Source: a virus
DNA length: 39,527 bases
UHGV virus genome: UHGV-0152919
Reading direction: 5' to 3' (one strand)
A model generated the notes under the pieces. It saw nothing but the letters and a program-made list of their open reading frames with translations, was not told the DNA's origin and made no database searches. A program made the position numbers and the translations under genes. This document shows positions 1-8,594 of this stretch, one piece after another; position 1 is the stretch's first letter; each line of letters begins with the position of its first letter.

Positions 1-64
1 TGAACCCGTTGCGCTTAAGGAACTTGTACGCAATCTGACAGAGTTCGCGGTGTGTTAACGCCAT
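1..64 (-). CDS. 5' end of a minus-strand gene running off the window (first ~21 codons, MALTHRELCQIAYKFLKRNGF...)
   Basis: ATG at 64-62 preceded by AGGAGA Shine-Dalgarno on the minus strand; open to window edge. Confidence 0.3.
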   Translation of the reverse strand, partial: MALTHRELCQIAYKFLKRNGF

Positions 65-65
65 A

Positions 66-254
66 TCACTCTCCTTTAGTGCGCAAGTGGTTTTTCCAGC
101 GGTTTTGCGCCGCGCTGGGCTTTTTGCAAAAACCACAATCCATCATCCCGTAATATTTCATCAACCCCATCCGTCGGTTGCTGAGTCTCACCCACTGCCA
201 GACGCCAGGAGCGTTTCTACGAACTAACAGAATCTTTGCTTTACGGTTTTTCAT
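66..254 (-). CDS. small hypothetical protein (62 aa, Cys-containing)
   Basis: ORF track; co-oriented with the surrounding minus-strand operon; no recognisable domain. Confidence 0.3.
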   Translation of the reverse strand: MKNRKAKILLVRRNAPGVWQWVRLSNRRMGLMKYYGMMDCGFCKKPSAAQNRWKNHLRTKGE

Positions 255-426
255 CGCTTTGCTCTCCTGCGTCTCTTTGCTGCTCGTCGTGCCGCTGCAA
301 TACCGGTATGGCGGCGCTTTGGTGCCGGGATGATGTTGTCAGCCATCAGGACATGTGGCTTTGCAATTAGCGCAGAAGCCCAAAAACGAGTCGGGTACGG
401 TAACAAGCCGATACATGCCACACGCA

Positions 427-915
427 CTACTCACCTCCGTTGATGCGAATGCCTGTTGCAATGCTGTTTATGATGCTGTCAGTGCATGGGGTAGAAAGCT
501 GGGCATCTCCAGCAATTTTCATGACATCAACATCTGCATATCGAATACCGAGGTGTATCAGACCGGCTATACCTGACTTAAGCCGAGCATTTTCCATAAA
601 CAGATCCTTTGCCCGCTGTTTTTCTGCCTCAAGCTCAACGCGCAACTTCCCTACCGTTAGCGCAATATCCTCGTTCTCCTGGTCGCGTGATTTGATGTAT
701 TGCTGGTTCCTTTCCCGTTCATCCAGTAGTGCCAGCACGGTTTCTGGTCCGGCCAGAAATTTGAAGGCGTTGAGCGCATCAATATCCACACCGTAATCTT
801 TAAGTTCCTGTTCACTTAACAAATCATCATCAGCTGGCAACATTAACAGGCGTTCCATTGCTGGAATTGCACGTTCCGCCGCCTCACGCAGTGCCTGGTA
901 ATTAATTTCGCTCAC
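427..915 (-). CDS. hypothetical coiled-coil protein, possibly Ead/Ea22-like; GTG start
   Basis: ORF track; likely GTG start at 915 (VSEINYQALRE...) preceded by AAGGAGG; N-terminal QALRE motif recalls Ead/Ea22-like prophage proteins (from memory). Confidence 0.5.
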   Translation of the reverse strand: MSEINYQALREAAERAIPAMERLLMLPADDDLLSEQELKDYGVDIDALNAFKFLAGPETVLALLDERERNQQYIKSRDQENEDIALTVGKLRVELEAEKQRAKDLFMENARLKSGIAGLIHLGIRYADVDVMKIAGDAQLSTPCTDSIINSIATGIRINGGE

Positions 916-1151
916 TGGTTGCCTCCTTTGCGGAGTTGCGCTGCGATGCACGAAAAAAAAGACTCCCGAGTGTGACAGTTAAGAGCTGGTGCGAACGCCG
1001 CGTTAAGAACGGCGGAATCACAGCCGTCATCAATATAGAGCGCAATTTTTTTCTCCAGGCGCGCTTTGGCTTCCTGCAACTGCATACCCCGGCACGCACG
1101 CGGGATATAATCAGCAATTTGAGCGATAGCTTTTTCGTTCTGTTTAAACAT
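912..1151 (-). CDS. small hypothetical protein (79 aa)
   Basis: ORF track; stop overlaps the start of the downstream gene, suggesting coupling. Confidence 0.4.
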   Translation of the reverse strand: MFKQNEKAIAQIADYIPRACRGMQLQEAKARLEKKIALYIDDGCDSAVLNAAFAPALNCHTRESFFSCIAAQLRKGGNQ

Positions 1152-1347
1152 GCTTCACCTCGATAGGCTTGATGGTGTCTAACAGCAGTCGGCGGCGCGT
1201 ATTTTCTGCAAAATGGCGGCGTCCAGTTTCTTTGTGGTAAAACTCGTTTTTGCCAACGACCCACATCCGCTCTGTTTGGTGCAGTTTTTTTACCTTCGGG
1301 CCATCTTTGGTGATCACGGTACCGGTATGGGTTTTTACGATTGTCAT
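1144..1347 (-). CDS. small hypothetical protein (67 aa)
   Basis: ORF track; start overlaps the stop of the upstream PAPS-reductase-like gene (ATGA-type overlap). Confidence 0.4.
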   Translation of the reverse strand: MTIVKTHTGTVITKDGPKVKKLHQTERMWVVGKNEFYHKETGRRHFAENTRRRLLLDTIKPIEVKHV

Positions 1348-2222
1348 GCCACTACCTCTTCGAATTTCAACTCCAATTGGTCACCCCAGATTTCACATGA
1401 TTCGGAACACGAACCAGTATCAAACCGCTTGGCCTGCACCATCGCCTGATACAAATTTCTGTAGTCGCTGTCGGCATACATTCTGGCAATCCCGTCAAGC
1501 GTCAGGTGACCACGGTACATAACGTCTTTACCTGTTCTGCGATGACCATCCCTGACGTGTTTGCCTGTAACCAGTTCATTAAAAACCCGCATCAGACCTG
1601 GTTCGTCTTTACATGCAAGCCCCAGCTTTTGCGTTGACTTTTTGATGCAAAAAACACAGTTCCCGAGGTGCTCCGGTATTTGCAAATCAAAAGGTTGTTT
1701 TCGCCACCACCGGATAACATCCGACTTATCAAAATCTGACAGTTCGGCAAGATACCGGACGTCCGGTTTCGGTTTCAGCCTACGGGGTTCGTCCGCACGA
1801 ATACCGAGCCATGTGATGTAATTCCCTCGCCCAAAATGGTCATCGCAATATTTCGTGAAAGGGGTGAGTTTTAGCCTGTCGGTACAGAACGCGCCGCCGA
1901 TGTATGGCGTACCGTACTTTTTAACCATGTCCATAAACGGTTTAAGCACCGGCATTCGCGTCTGAATATCCTTTGGTTCCCATTCCGTATAACCATTTGG
2001 CTGCCCAAGTTCTGGATTTATATCGACCTGCAACACCGTTAGCGGTACGTTCCAGAACTTCACAACCTCACGAATAAAGCGATACGTCAGAGGATGTTCA
2101 CAGCCGGTATCCATAAAAATGAAATGGACGCTAGCGCCAGCTTTTCGCTGTGCTTCCATCAGATGAACGAGATAAGCCGATGTTCGTCCACCTGAAAAGC
2201 TGACGACTTGATGCATACTCAC
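1344..2222 (-). CDS. PAPS reductase-like PP-loop ATP pyrophosphatase family protein
   Basis: N-terminal SFSGGRTS PP-loop motif typical of the PAPS reductase/CysH-like superfamily; 292 aa. Confidence 0.7.
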   Translation of the reverse strand: MSMHQVVSFSGGRTSAYLVHLMEAQRKAGASVHFIFMDTGCEHPLTYRFIREVVKFWNVPLTVLQVDINPELGQPNGYTEWEPKDIQTRMPVLKPFMDMVKKYGTPYIGGAFCTDRLKLTPFTKYCDDHFGRGNYITWLGIRADEPRRLKPKPDVRYLAELSDFDKSDVIRWWRKQPFDLQIPEHLGNCVFCIKKSTQKLGLACKDEPGLMRVFNELVTGKHVRDGHRRTGKDVMYRGHLTLDGIARMYADSDYRNLYQAMVQAKRFDTGSCSESCEIWGDQLELKFEEVVA

Positions 2223-2225
2223 GGT

Positions 2226-2954
2226 TTATTCCTGAATGCGCTTAAACTCGATTACCCACACCCAGGGATTAGCGTTCCAGCTTTCTTCACCATAGATGGA
2301 TTCCCACAGGCGCTGGAACGCAACCTTGGCCATTGCGAAATCCCCCTTGGGAGTAAGGAATGTTCCCGGGTGATCAGGAAGCAAACTTCCAGCAGGCGGA
2401 ACGCCCTCAGCCCTTGCATCGCATTCGCTGATATCGTTCAACCGTTCAACGCGCACGTTGGTAATTTCCAACAGAATGCGTGATGCCCATCGCGGCATGT
2501 GAATTGATGGACGCCACCCACCATCAAACTTTTCATTCACAGTGTGAGGTTTCCAGTCGGCATCATCGGGTATCGACCATAAGCCGTAATCACCAGGTTT
2601 TTGCTCGCAACTGGCCCGATAAATCCTTGCTGCGTTCTTCTCATCGCCACGACAAAGGTTGTCGTTCCAGTCCACACTGCAACCATCCTCATTGCCTAAT
2701 ATCGCCCATGTTTCACGAACCCAAATTCGATCGCCGACGATACCAAATGGGCAATTGAAAACACTGCTTACACCATCAGCCCCGTACCACTGAAAACCTG
2801 CACCAATTTTTCTAACCATCACTGGTGCTTCTGGACCAACTTCCGCAGGCTGATTTTTCATTATCCGCCGCGTCTGCGTTTTCCTTCCTTCGAGGATGGC
2901 CCGGACCATCTCATCGTTGAAAATCATGCCGCGCTCTTTCACTTCGCCTTTCAT
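2226..2954 (-). CDS. conserved hypothetical phage protein (242 aa)
   Basis: ORF track; ATG at 2954 preceded by AAGGGGGA; no confident domain call. Confidence 0.55.
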   Translation of the reverse strand: MKGEVKERGMIFNDEMVRAILEGRKTQTRRIMKNQPAEVGPEAPVMVRKIGAGFQWYGADGVSSVFNCPFGIVGDRIWVRETWAILGNEDGCSVDWNDNLCRGDEKNAARIYRASCEQKPGDYGLWSIPDDADWKPHTVNEKFDGGWRPSIHMPRWASRILLEITNVRVERLNDISECDARAEGVPPAGSLLPDHPGTFLTPKGDFAMAKVAFQRLWESIYGEESWNANPWVWVIEFKRIQE

Positions 2955-2963
2955 GCATCCCCC

Positions 2964-3050
2964 TTACCCATGTGCGACGATGCCGCCAAAAGTGATAGAG
3001 AACAGCCAGAAATAGATCGCGGCCATAATGATTTTGAATGCCGTGTTCAT
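2964..3050 (-). CDS. micro-ORF, 28-aa hydrophobic peptide (MNTAFKIIMAAIYFWLFSITFGGIVAHG)
   Basis: Manual translation; AGGAG 8 nt upstream of ATG; below the 60-aa cutoff of the ORF track; single predicted transmembrane segment. Confidence 0.35.
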   Translation of the reverse strand: MNTAFKIIMAAIYFWLFSITFGGIVAHG

Positions 3051-3132
3051 ATTTTCAGCTCCTGTGATTGATTGGATACATGCCGCGCCTTGCGGCATGT
3101 TTTTATTTTCACTTTCTCTGTTTTAAAAATCA

Positions 3133-3149
3133 AGATTTATTAGAGCAAT
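3133..3149 (-). promoter_or_regulatory. C1-repressor operator-like site (16/17 match to ATTGCTCTAATAAATTT on minus strand)
   Basis: Plus strand reads agatttattagagcaat; overlaps the stop codon of the upstream gene. Confidence 0.5.
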
Positions 3150-3655
3150 TATTGTTGGTGGAGAAGCGCGTTTTCATACTCCCTGACCATTAACGTAAGT
3201 ACGCCGTGACTCCTGAAAACACGCGCCACTTCAATCTTATCTTCCAGCGCGAACGCAATTTTACTTAGACCAATTTTCTTCAGGAGATCAATCTTTGCTG
3301 GACCGTCATTTCTGTCATCGGTGGCAGGACGCATAGATAGCAAAGGCTCAGCCCCGTTTGTTACGTACTTCCGCAGCCAGGCTCGTGTTTTATCCCTTGC
3401 GATCTCACAGCGCCCGGTTACAAACCAGACCGTGTAAACGTTAAATAACTGGCGCACCATATCAATAACTGGAGTGATGGGAGTATCGGTGTCACAGGCG
3501 AGATTAAACTCGTTCCAGTCCTTTGTTAATGCACCTTTACCTGGTGGCGGAAGCAAATGCAGTCTGTCTTCAGTTGCCTCTGATATTGTTCCATCAATAT
3601 CGACTATGACGATATACGGACGTTCCTGGTGTGCATGTTTATTGAAAATACTCAA
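3149..3655 (-). CDS. HAD-superfamily phosphatase resembling the 3'-phosphatase domain of T4 polynucleotide kinase/phosphatase
   Basis: DIDGT (DxDGT) motif I near N-terminus; VTGR and DDR motifs in the same order as the T4 Pnkp C-terminal domain (from memory). Confidence 0.6.
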   Translation of the reverse strand: MSIFNKHAHQERPYIVIVDIDGTISEATEDRLHLLPPPGKGALTKDWNEFNLACDTDTPITPVIDMVRQLFNVYTVWFVTGRCEIARDKTRAWLRKYVTNGAEPLLSMRPATDDRNDGPAKIDLLKKIGLSKIAFALEDKIEVARVFRSHGVLTLMVREYENALLHQQ

Positions 3656-3727
3656 ATGCCCTCCTCATTGGACGAAAAAAATGCTGGTGGGCGCACTCCA
3701 CCAGCATTAAAAGTGACACTGTAACTG

Positions 3728-4990
3728 TCAGCGAACGTAAATAGTGCCGCCGTTCTCTTTTTCCCATGCATCGCTACGTGCATAGCAAACATCGAGAAGT
3801 CTTCTTGCCGCTGTTTCCTCTAAACCCAATTCGACAACCAACTGCTCATGACGGCGGGTAACCACATCAAACAGGGTATGCAGCCCTTTAGCTGCCAGAT
3901 CATCAATAAATCCCGGTTCGAACGGCAGCTCTGCCTCTGCCAACATAACCTCTTGCGCCCACTCAACTCGACGGACCAGTTCCGGGCGGCGGCTTTCCAT
4001 CTCTTTACAGATCAATTCATGGAAGAACTCTACCCAACCTTCCGGCTGGAACTCGCGGAAAATGGCCAACGGCTGGAAGTTTGGCATCAACCATTCGTTG
4101 ATCCGGATATCAATGGCATAGCCCATGTCGCAGCAGAACTGATAAGCAAAGTCCAGCTTAGAAACGATATAAGGACGCTCGTTATTGAACTCTTTAGGCG
4201 ATGAGATCCCATAAGCCAGGAGGCGCGGGAAGAAGGAGATTTGCCCTAACGTCGGATGAAGTTTGCTTGCAGGGAAACGGCGCTCAGTAATGCCATACAT
4301 TTCCTTCTTGAGCGTCGCAAATTTGGCATTCTCATTAACCAGCGCGGTAACCTCTGCTTTTTTATTAGCAAATGCCACGCGCGCCTCGCTTGCATCTTTA
4401 ATAGTTTTTTTGAGCTGTTGGTTAAGGTCGGCGACCTGCTTACGCAGTTCCTGTCGCTCGCTTTTAGCTTTGTTATAGCGTTTCTCAAGGTTAAAAGGAT
4501 CAAGTTTCATGATCTCTTTATATTGAGATTTTAGCGTTGAAATCTGTGAGTTCCGCAGTTCAACCATCGCGGTCATTTCATTGAGTTTTGTTTCCAGCTC
4601 AATGCTTATACGTTCGGCATTATCAGCACGCTGGTTGGCGTCATGCGTCGCATCGTCGATCGCGTCCTGTTGCTGGCGTTTCAAATGTTCAATTTCCAGC
4701 TGAAGCTCTTCAATTTCTTTACCCTTCAGACCGAGATCCAACTGCATATTTTCAGCTGCATCTACCAGGGAGTTATGGCTATCAGCTTCTGCGTTATAAA
4801 CATCAATAAGCTGTGCGTGAAGCATCTCCGCTGACTGAACCGCATTATCAAAAAAACGCGCTGTGAGGTCATCACAACTAACGCGGCGTTGCGCGGCCCG
4901 GATGTTCTGGATAATGGCCGGGATACCGGCATTCAGGACGTCAGGGATAGATACATTTTCGATTGATTGGTTTTGTGCTGAAGTGATCAT
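3728..4990 (-). CDS. hypothetical protein with long central coiled coil (420 aa)
   Basis: ORF track; heptad-rich E/K/Q/L segment in the N-terminal half; no catalytic motif recognised. Confidence 0.6.
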   Translation of the reverse strand: MITSAQNQSIENVSIPDVLNAGIPAIIQNIRAAQRRVSCDDLTARFFDNAVQSAEMLHAQLIDVYNAEADSHNSLVDAAENMQLDLGLKGKEIEELQLEIEHLKRQQQDAIDDATHDANQRADNAERISIELETKLNEMTAMVELRNSQISTLKSQYKEIMKLDPFNLEKRYNKAKSERQELRKQVADLNQQLKKTIKDASEARVAFANKKAEVTALVNENAKFATLKKEMYGITERRFPASKLHPTLGQISFFPRLLAYGISSPKEFNNERPYIVSKLDFAYQFCCDMGYAIDIRINEWLMPNFQPLAIFREFQPEGWVEFFHELICKEMESRRPELVRRVEWAQEVMLAEAELPFEPGFIDDLAAKGLHTLFDVVTRRHEQLVVELGLEETAARRLLDVCYARSDAWEKENGGTIYVR

Positions 4991-4991
4991 T

Positions 4992-5210
4992 TCAAAGTTC
5001 CGTATTAGCTTGTGCTTCGGTCATTTTTCCTAAGTATGAAGGAGGAAGGACTACGCAATTTGTATCCAGTCCCTCACCTATGGCAGCCTGTAAAATTCTG
5101 GCTAAGGTGAGTCTCTTGTTGCGATACCTGGTGATGACATGCCTGATACCGCCGGTCGGCGTAACAAAGGCGATCAGCCAGTAGTGATATTTCCGTCGGA
5201 ATGGCCACAT
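4992..5210 (-). CDS. small hypothetical protein (72 aa)
   Basis: ORF track; sits immediately downstream (minus strand) of the operator/terminator/operator element at 5225-5290. Confidence 0.4.
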   Translation of the reverse strand: MWPFRRKYHYWLIAFVTPTGGIRHVITRYRNKRLTLARILQAAIGEGLDTNCVVLPPSYLGKMTEAQANTEL

Positions 5211-5224
5211 AGTGCACCTTGTAG

Positions 5225-5241
5225 ATTGCTCTAATAAAAAA
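5225..5241 (+). promoter_or_regulatory. C1 operator-like site (attgctctaataaaaaa, 14/17)
   Basis: Motif match on plus strand; paired with an inverted copy at 5274-5290. Confidence 0.45.
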
Positions 5242-5266
5242 CGTGATGAGTGTACATCACGTTTTA
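5236..5266 (-). terminator. intrinsic terminator-like hairpin (8-bp stem acgtgatg/catcacgt) with T-run on the minus strand
   Basis: Inverted repeat 5241-5248/5255-5262 flanked by an A-run (plus strand), i.e. a T-run on the minus strand; downstream of gene 5292-5993. Confidence 0.45.
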
Positions 5267-5273
5267 AAAATAT

Positions 5274-5290
5274 GGAATTATTAGAGCAAT
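5274..5290 (-). promoter_or_regulatory. C1 operator-like site (minus strand attgctctaataattcc, 14/17)
   Basis: Motif match; abuts the stop codon of gene 5292-5993. Confidence 0.45.
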
Positions 5291-5291
5291 A

Positions 5292-5993
5292 TTATTCTGA
5301 TTCTCGCTCAAAAAATGAGCTGATAAGGGGAAGCCAATCCTCTGACACTTCGCGAGGTCGCGGTTTGCCGTGGAAAAAGATTATTCGGCAGTCTTTTGGT
5401 AATGCCCCATTCCCCCTGGAGTAACGCGCGCTCGCATATTTTGAACCAGGTTCCACAACATCGGCCTTGTAACTTACAAACCATCCTGGATACAGATCCT
5501 GAAATGCTGGTGTATCATCGCCCATAACCTTTCGTAAGAACCCCTGATCACCCCAGCATTCAGTAGTAACACAACGAGCAATCCAACCTTCCGGATCTTG
5601 CCAGAATGCACTCCAGATATGCGCTTTTACACTATTTGGTATCCACAGGGCACCGCTGCCACGATATTGTGGATGGTAAAAATCCCTAAGCATGGTGAAG
5701 CTGGTTGGTGGATGCTCTAGGATTGGGCGTATATCACCGGCAATAACCGTGTCCAAATCCAGATAGAACAGATCATCGGTTATATCCGGTCGGAACAACT
5801 CGATTTTCGCCCACCAGCCACGGCACTTTTGCCACTGGTTGATCAATGGGACAACTTTGACGCCAGGTACATGTAAACGCTTCAGGTCTGTCAGGCAAAT
5901 AATTTCATAGCCTTTTGGCAGTTGATTAACCAGCCACTGCACATCGGAAGCGTTATAGTCACCACCAGAGCGAAAAACTAAAGCAATCTTCAT
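5292..5993 (-). CDS. putative nucleotide-sugar (glycosyl)transferase-like protein
   Basis: 233 aa; YLDLDTV DxD-like motif and N-terminal Rossmann-like beta-alpha pattern; assignment tentative. Confidence 0.5.
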   Translation of the reverse strand: MKIALVFRSGGDYNASDVQWLVNQLPKGYEIICLTDLKRLHVPGVKVVPLINQWQKCRGWWAKIELFRPDITDDLFYLDLDTVIAGDIRPILEHPPTSFTMLRDFYHPQYRGSGALWIPNSVKAHIWSAFWQDPEGWIARCVTTECWGDQGFLRKVMGDDTPAFQDLYPGWFVSYKADVVEPGSKYASARYSRGNGALPKDCRIIFFHGKPRPREVSEDWLPLISSFFERESE

Positions 5994-6682
5994 GCTGCAC
6001 CATCACCTTTCACTTTCATCAATGTCAGGTTTCCGCAAAATACGGCACCAGTGTCGATATACTGCTGATTCCAGAATGTCTTCGGGCTTTTCACCGGAGT
6101 GTGACCAAAGATAAAACGATCTGCGCCCGAAATTTCGCCACCAATATCATCCATCGAATCACTGATACGCTCGCGCGCCCAGACAACGTTGAAAAGCGGC
6201 ACCTCCTTACCGAATTGGTATTCATTATCCGGATAGTCGGCATGGGCTATAACGATAGTTTCTTGCCCCGTGTTCAACTCAATGATATAGGGCAGACGCT
6301 TTACCAGCTCCACCAGCGCCCAGGCTAATATTTCCTGATCAGTGTCCAGCATGAAGAACCATTGTCCGCCATTCATTAGCCAGTTATTCACGTTGCCATC
6401 TGGACTTAACGCATCAATCATCAGCCGCTCATGGTTCCCCATCACTGCCCTGAACCAGGGCATCTGCAATAGTTCCAGACATTCGACATTTTCAGTACCG
6501 CGATCGATAAGGTCGCCGACCGATATCAGTAAATCCTGCGCCGGGTCAAAATCCACACGATGGAGTTCGGACATCAGTCTGGTGTAGCAACCATGCAGAT
6601 CACCAACAACCCAGACATTCCTGTATTTGGTACCGTCGATACGGTGATAAATTGTGGGTGCCATCATGTATTCTTCAGCCAT
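5990..6682 (-). CDS. ppp: serine/threonine protein phosphatase, lambda-PPase type (P1 Ppp-like)
   Basis: GDLHG, GDLIDRG and GNHE metallophosphatase motifs; near-collinear with the lambda phosphatase sequence from memory ([15 protein letters not shown]...). Confidence 0.9.
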   Translation of the reverse strand: MAEEYMMAPTIYHRIDGTKYRNVWVVGDLHGCYTRLMSELHRVDFDPAQDLLISVGDLIDRGTENVECLELLQMPWFRAVMGNHERLMIDALSPDGNVNNWLMNGGQWFFMLDTDQEILAWALVELVKRLPYIIELNTGQETIVIAHADYPDNEYQFGKEVPLFNVVWARERISDSMDDIGGEISGADRFIFGHTPVKSPKTFWNQQYIDTGAVFCGNLTLMKVKGDGAA

Positions 6683-7290
6683 TCTTTAAGAGTCATCTGC
6701 GGAATACCTCCCATTTTCCCGCATGAAACAACGTCAATCTGTTCACGCGCAGACTGGAATAACAAAGGCAGGTGACTTAGATTTTTTGGCGTGCCGCCGG
6801 AGTGAACGCGTAGTTCTTGCGTAGCGTCAACGCCCACCAGAGCTACATGTTTGAATCCGATATGGAAAGCCAGGTTCAGAGCACCATATGCACTATTGCC
6901 GCTGGCAATTTCATTCTCATCTTCGCAAAGGCCGAAATGTGCGGACCAGCGCCACGCCCACCACTCGGGAGAATTCGTATTTTTTGGCTCCATGCCGCGT
7001 TCAGCCACACGACGGAAGCACAGAACGCCATCTCTGACTTCACGTTCTTTAACATCGGGTAGTGCCATGCAATAACAAACACCACGGCGACGGCGGCCAC
7101 GACCAACGCGCCGCATATTGTCTGGGGATGGATCAAGGGTGAAAAAATAAGAAGCGCGGTTAAGCCAGTCGATGGCCCCATTGACCGCTATAATCGGCAC
7201 TCCGCGCGGCGCAACAAAGTTTGCGGCGCTTGGGCCACTGCCGACGATAATAACGCGATCACTGCCTCTAAATTTATTCTTGGGAAACAT
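6664..7290 (-). CDS. Rossmann-like GSGPS-motif protein, paralog of the next gene (possibly MptE/DUF115-like)
   Basis: IIVGSGPS...IIAVN...[11 protein letters not shown]...VALVGVD motifs shared with the 7188-7850 product. Confidence 0.5.
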   Translation of the reverse strand: MFPKNKFRGSDRVIIVGSGPSAANFVAPRGVPIIAVNGAIDWLNRASYFFTLDPSPDNMRRVGRGRRRRGVCYCMALPDVKEREVRDGVLCFRRVAERGMEPKNTNSPEWWAWRWSAHFGLCEDENEIASGNSAYGALNLAFHIGFKHVALVGVDATQELRVHSGGTPKNLSHLPLLFQSAREQIDVVSCGKMGGIPQMTLKEWLKNT

Positions 7291-7850
7291 TGAATTGCAC
7301 TGCTCCTACTTGCATTCAAAATATGTAAATCTGCGTGTTTTTTGCGGGTATCCAGGAACTGCTGTTGCCATTTTGAAATAGACACCTGCGTTGGATTCCG
7401 TAGTGCTTGAGGGTGCGCGCCATGCCAATGAAGGCCGTTTTGCAGAGAACAGTCATAGCCGACTAATACCACTACTTCAGCCCCTGATTCAGCAGCCAGA
7501 CTGATAGCCTGCGCGCCGCTATTTACCCCTTCCGCCGGTCCACAATATCGCCTGTACTCCAACGAAAATGATTTCGCCGCCGCCAGGTTGGCTGTCACTT
7601 TGCGGAATCTCCCTCCCGGTATGGTGGATCCGTATTGCTTCCACCATGACAAATCACCGGCGTATAAGGCATAAATGTCATCGAACATCTGCCAGGAATT
7701 GTTAACCGCGATGATTGAACAGCCAGTTTTTTCTATAGCAGCACAGTCCTCACGAGTGAGTGACGGTCCGCTACCGACACAAAAAACAGTCCTAGTCGCC
7801 CTGGGTGGTATGTTCATTCTCAGCTGCAAATTCAGCCTCCAGGCGAGCAT
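7188..7850 (-). CDS. Rossmann-like GSGPS-motif protein, paralog of the previous gene
   Basis: FCVGSGPS...IIAVN...NSGAQAISLAA...VVLVGYD; start may be an internal Met; overlaps the downstream gene by ~100 nt. Confidence 0.5.
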   Translation of the reverse strand: MLAWRLNLQLRMNIPPRATRTVFCVGSGPSLTREDCAAIEKTGCSIIAVNNSWQMFDDIYALYAGDLSWWKQYGSTIPGGRFRKVTANLAAAKSFSLEYRRYCGPAEGVNSGAQAISLAAESGAEVVVLVGYDCSLQNGLHWHGAHPQALRNPTQVSISKWQQQFLDTRKKHADLHILNASRSSAIQCFPRINLEAVIALLSSAVAQAPQTLLRRAECRL

Positions 7851-7980
7851 TCATTTCAGCGATTACAGGGTCCACTACAGCATCTGTTTCCTGTTCATTA
7901 CGCGGCATGACCGATGCCAGCGACTCATAATTAACCTTGGATGACACGATTATTCTCCCGATGTTAAAGTGCACTACCAC
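7792..7980 (-). CDS. small acidic hypothetical protein (62 aa)
   Basis: ORF track only; overlaps the start of the next gene. Confidence 0.3.
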   Translation of the reverse strand: MVVHFNIGRIIVSSKVNYESLASVMPRNEQETDAVVDPVIAEMNARLEAEFAAENEHTTQGD

Positions 7981-8013
7981 AAAGAGCTTGCATGCACTAA
8001 TTAATTTATTATT

Positions 8014-8592
8014 TTAAGCAGCATGCAACCACTTATCGCCGTTCAATACTTGCTCAATAGCCTCACCCTTTTTAAGACTTATGTATTCCAGGATGGCGGT
8101 AATCGCTTGTTCTGCACCATACGCAAGAACAACGTAGTAGCCTTCCTCTCTAAGCCTGCGCATCCAGGCGATCTGCTCTTTCGTCGGGGCTTTACCATTT
8201 GGTTCTTTAAGCTCAATTCGCATGCCGTGATAAATACCGCATGCTTTATCGAGACTCATGTCCGGATAACCTTTTTTCTGCCCTTCAGCCTTCATTTTCC
8301 CGGCGGTTGCTTTTGAACGCTTCCCTCCGTTAGGCGTTGCATGCAACAGCTCATAGATGTCAGGGTGCTTGCGTTCGAAGTAATCAAAAATGAAAACCTG
8401 CTCGAAGTGCTCGCAATTTCCGTCGCGCAGGTCTGGGTTCTTTGCCAGTGCTGCAAGTGCCTTCGCATGTGGAGAAACTTCTTTTACCGGCGCAAGCGAT
8501 AAGAATGGATCCTTTTTGGTTTTTGGCCTGGACCGCCCCTTATTTCGACGCTCACTAAAAGCCTGAAACTCTTCCTCAGTAAAGCGCAACAT
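8014..8592 (-). CDS. VRR-NUC domain nuclease (PD-(D/E)xK fold)
   Basis: GYPDMSL...IELKEPNGK...Q motif pattern characteristic of VRR-NUC. Confidence 0.7.
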   Translation of the reverse strand: MLRFTEEEFQAFSERRNKGRSRPKTKKDPFLSLAPVKEVSPHAKALAALAKNPDLRDGNCEHFEQVFIFDYFERKHPDIYELLHATPNGGKRSKATAGKMKAEGQKKGYPDMSLDKACGIYHGMRIELKEPNGKAPTKEQIAWMRRLREEGYYVVLAYGAEQAITAILEYISLKKGEAIEQVLNGDKWLHAA

Positions 8593-8594
8593 AA

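Noticed and set aside
7981-8030. AT-rich palindrome ttgcatgc...gcatgcaa with taatttattatttta core, considered as another C1 operator
   Set aside because: It lacks the conserved AGAGCAAT half of the operator; only the AT-rich half matches. It may be a hairpin or promoter spacer, but I cannot support an operator call.
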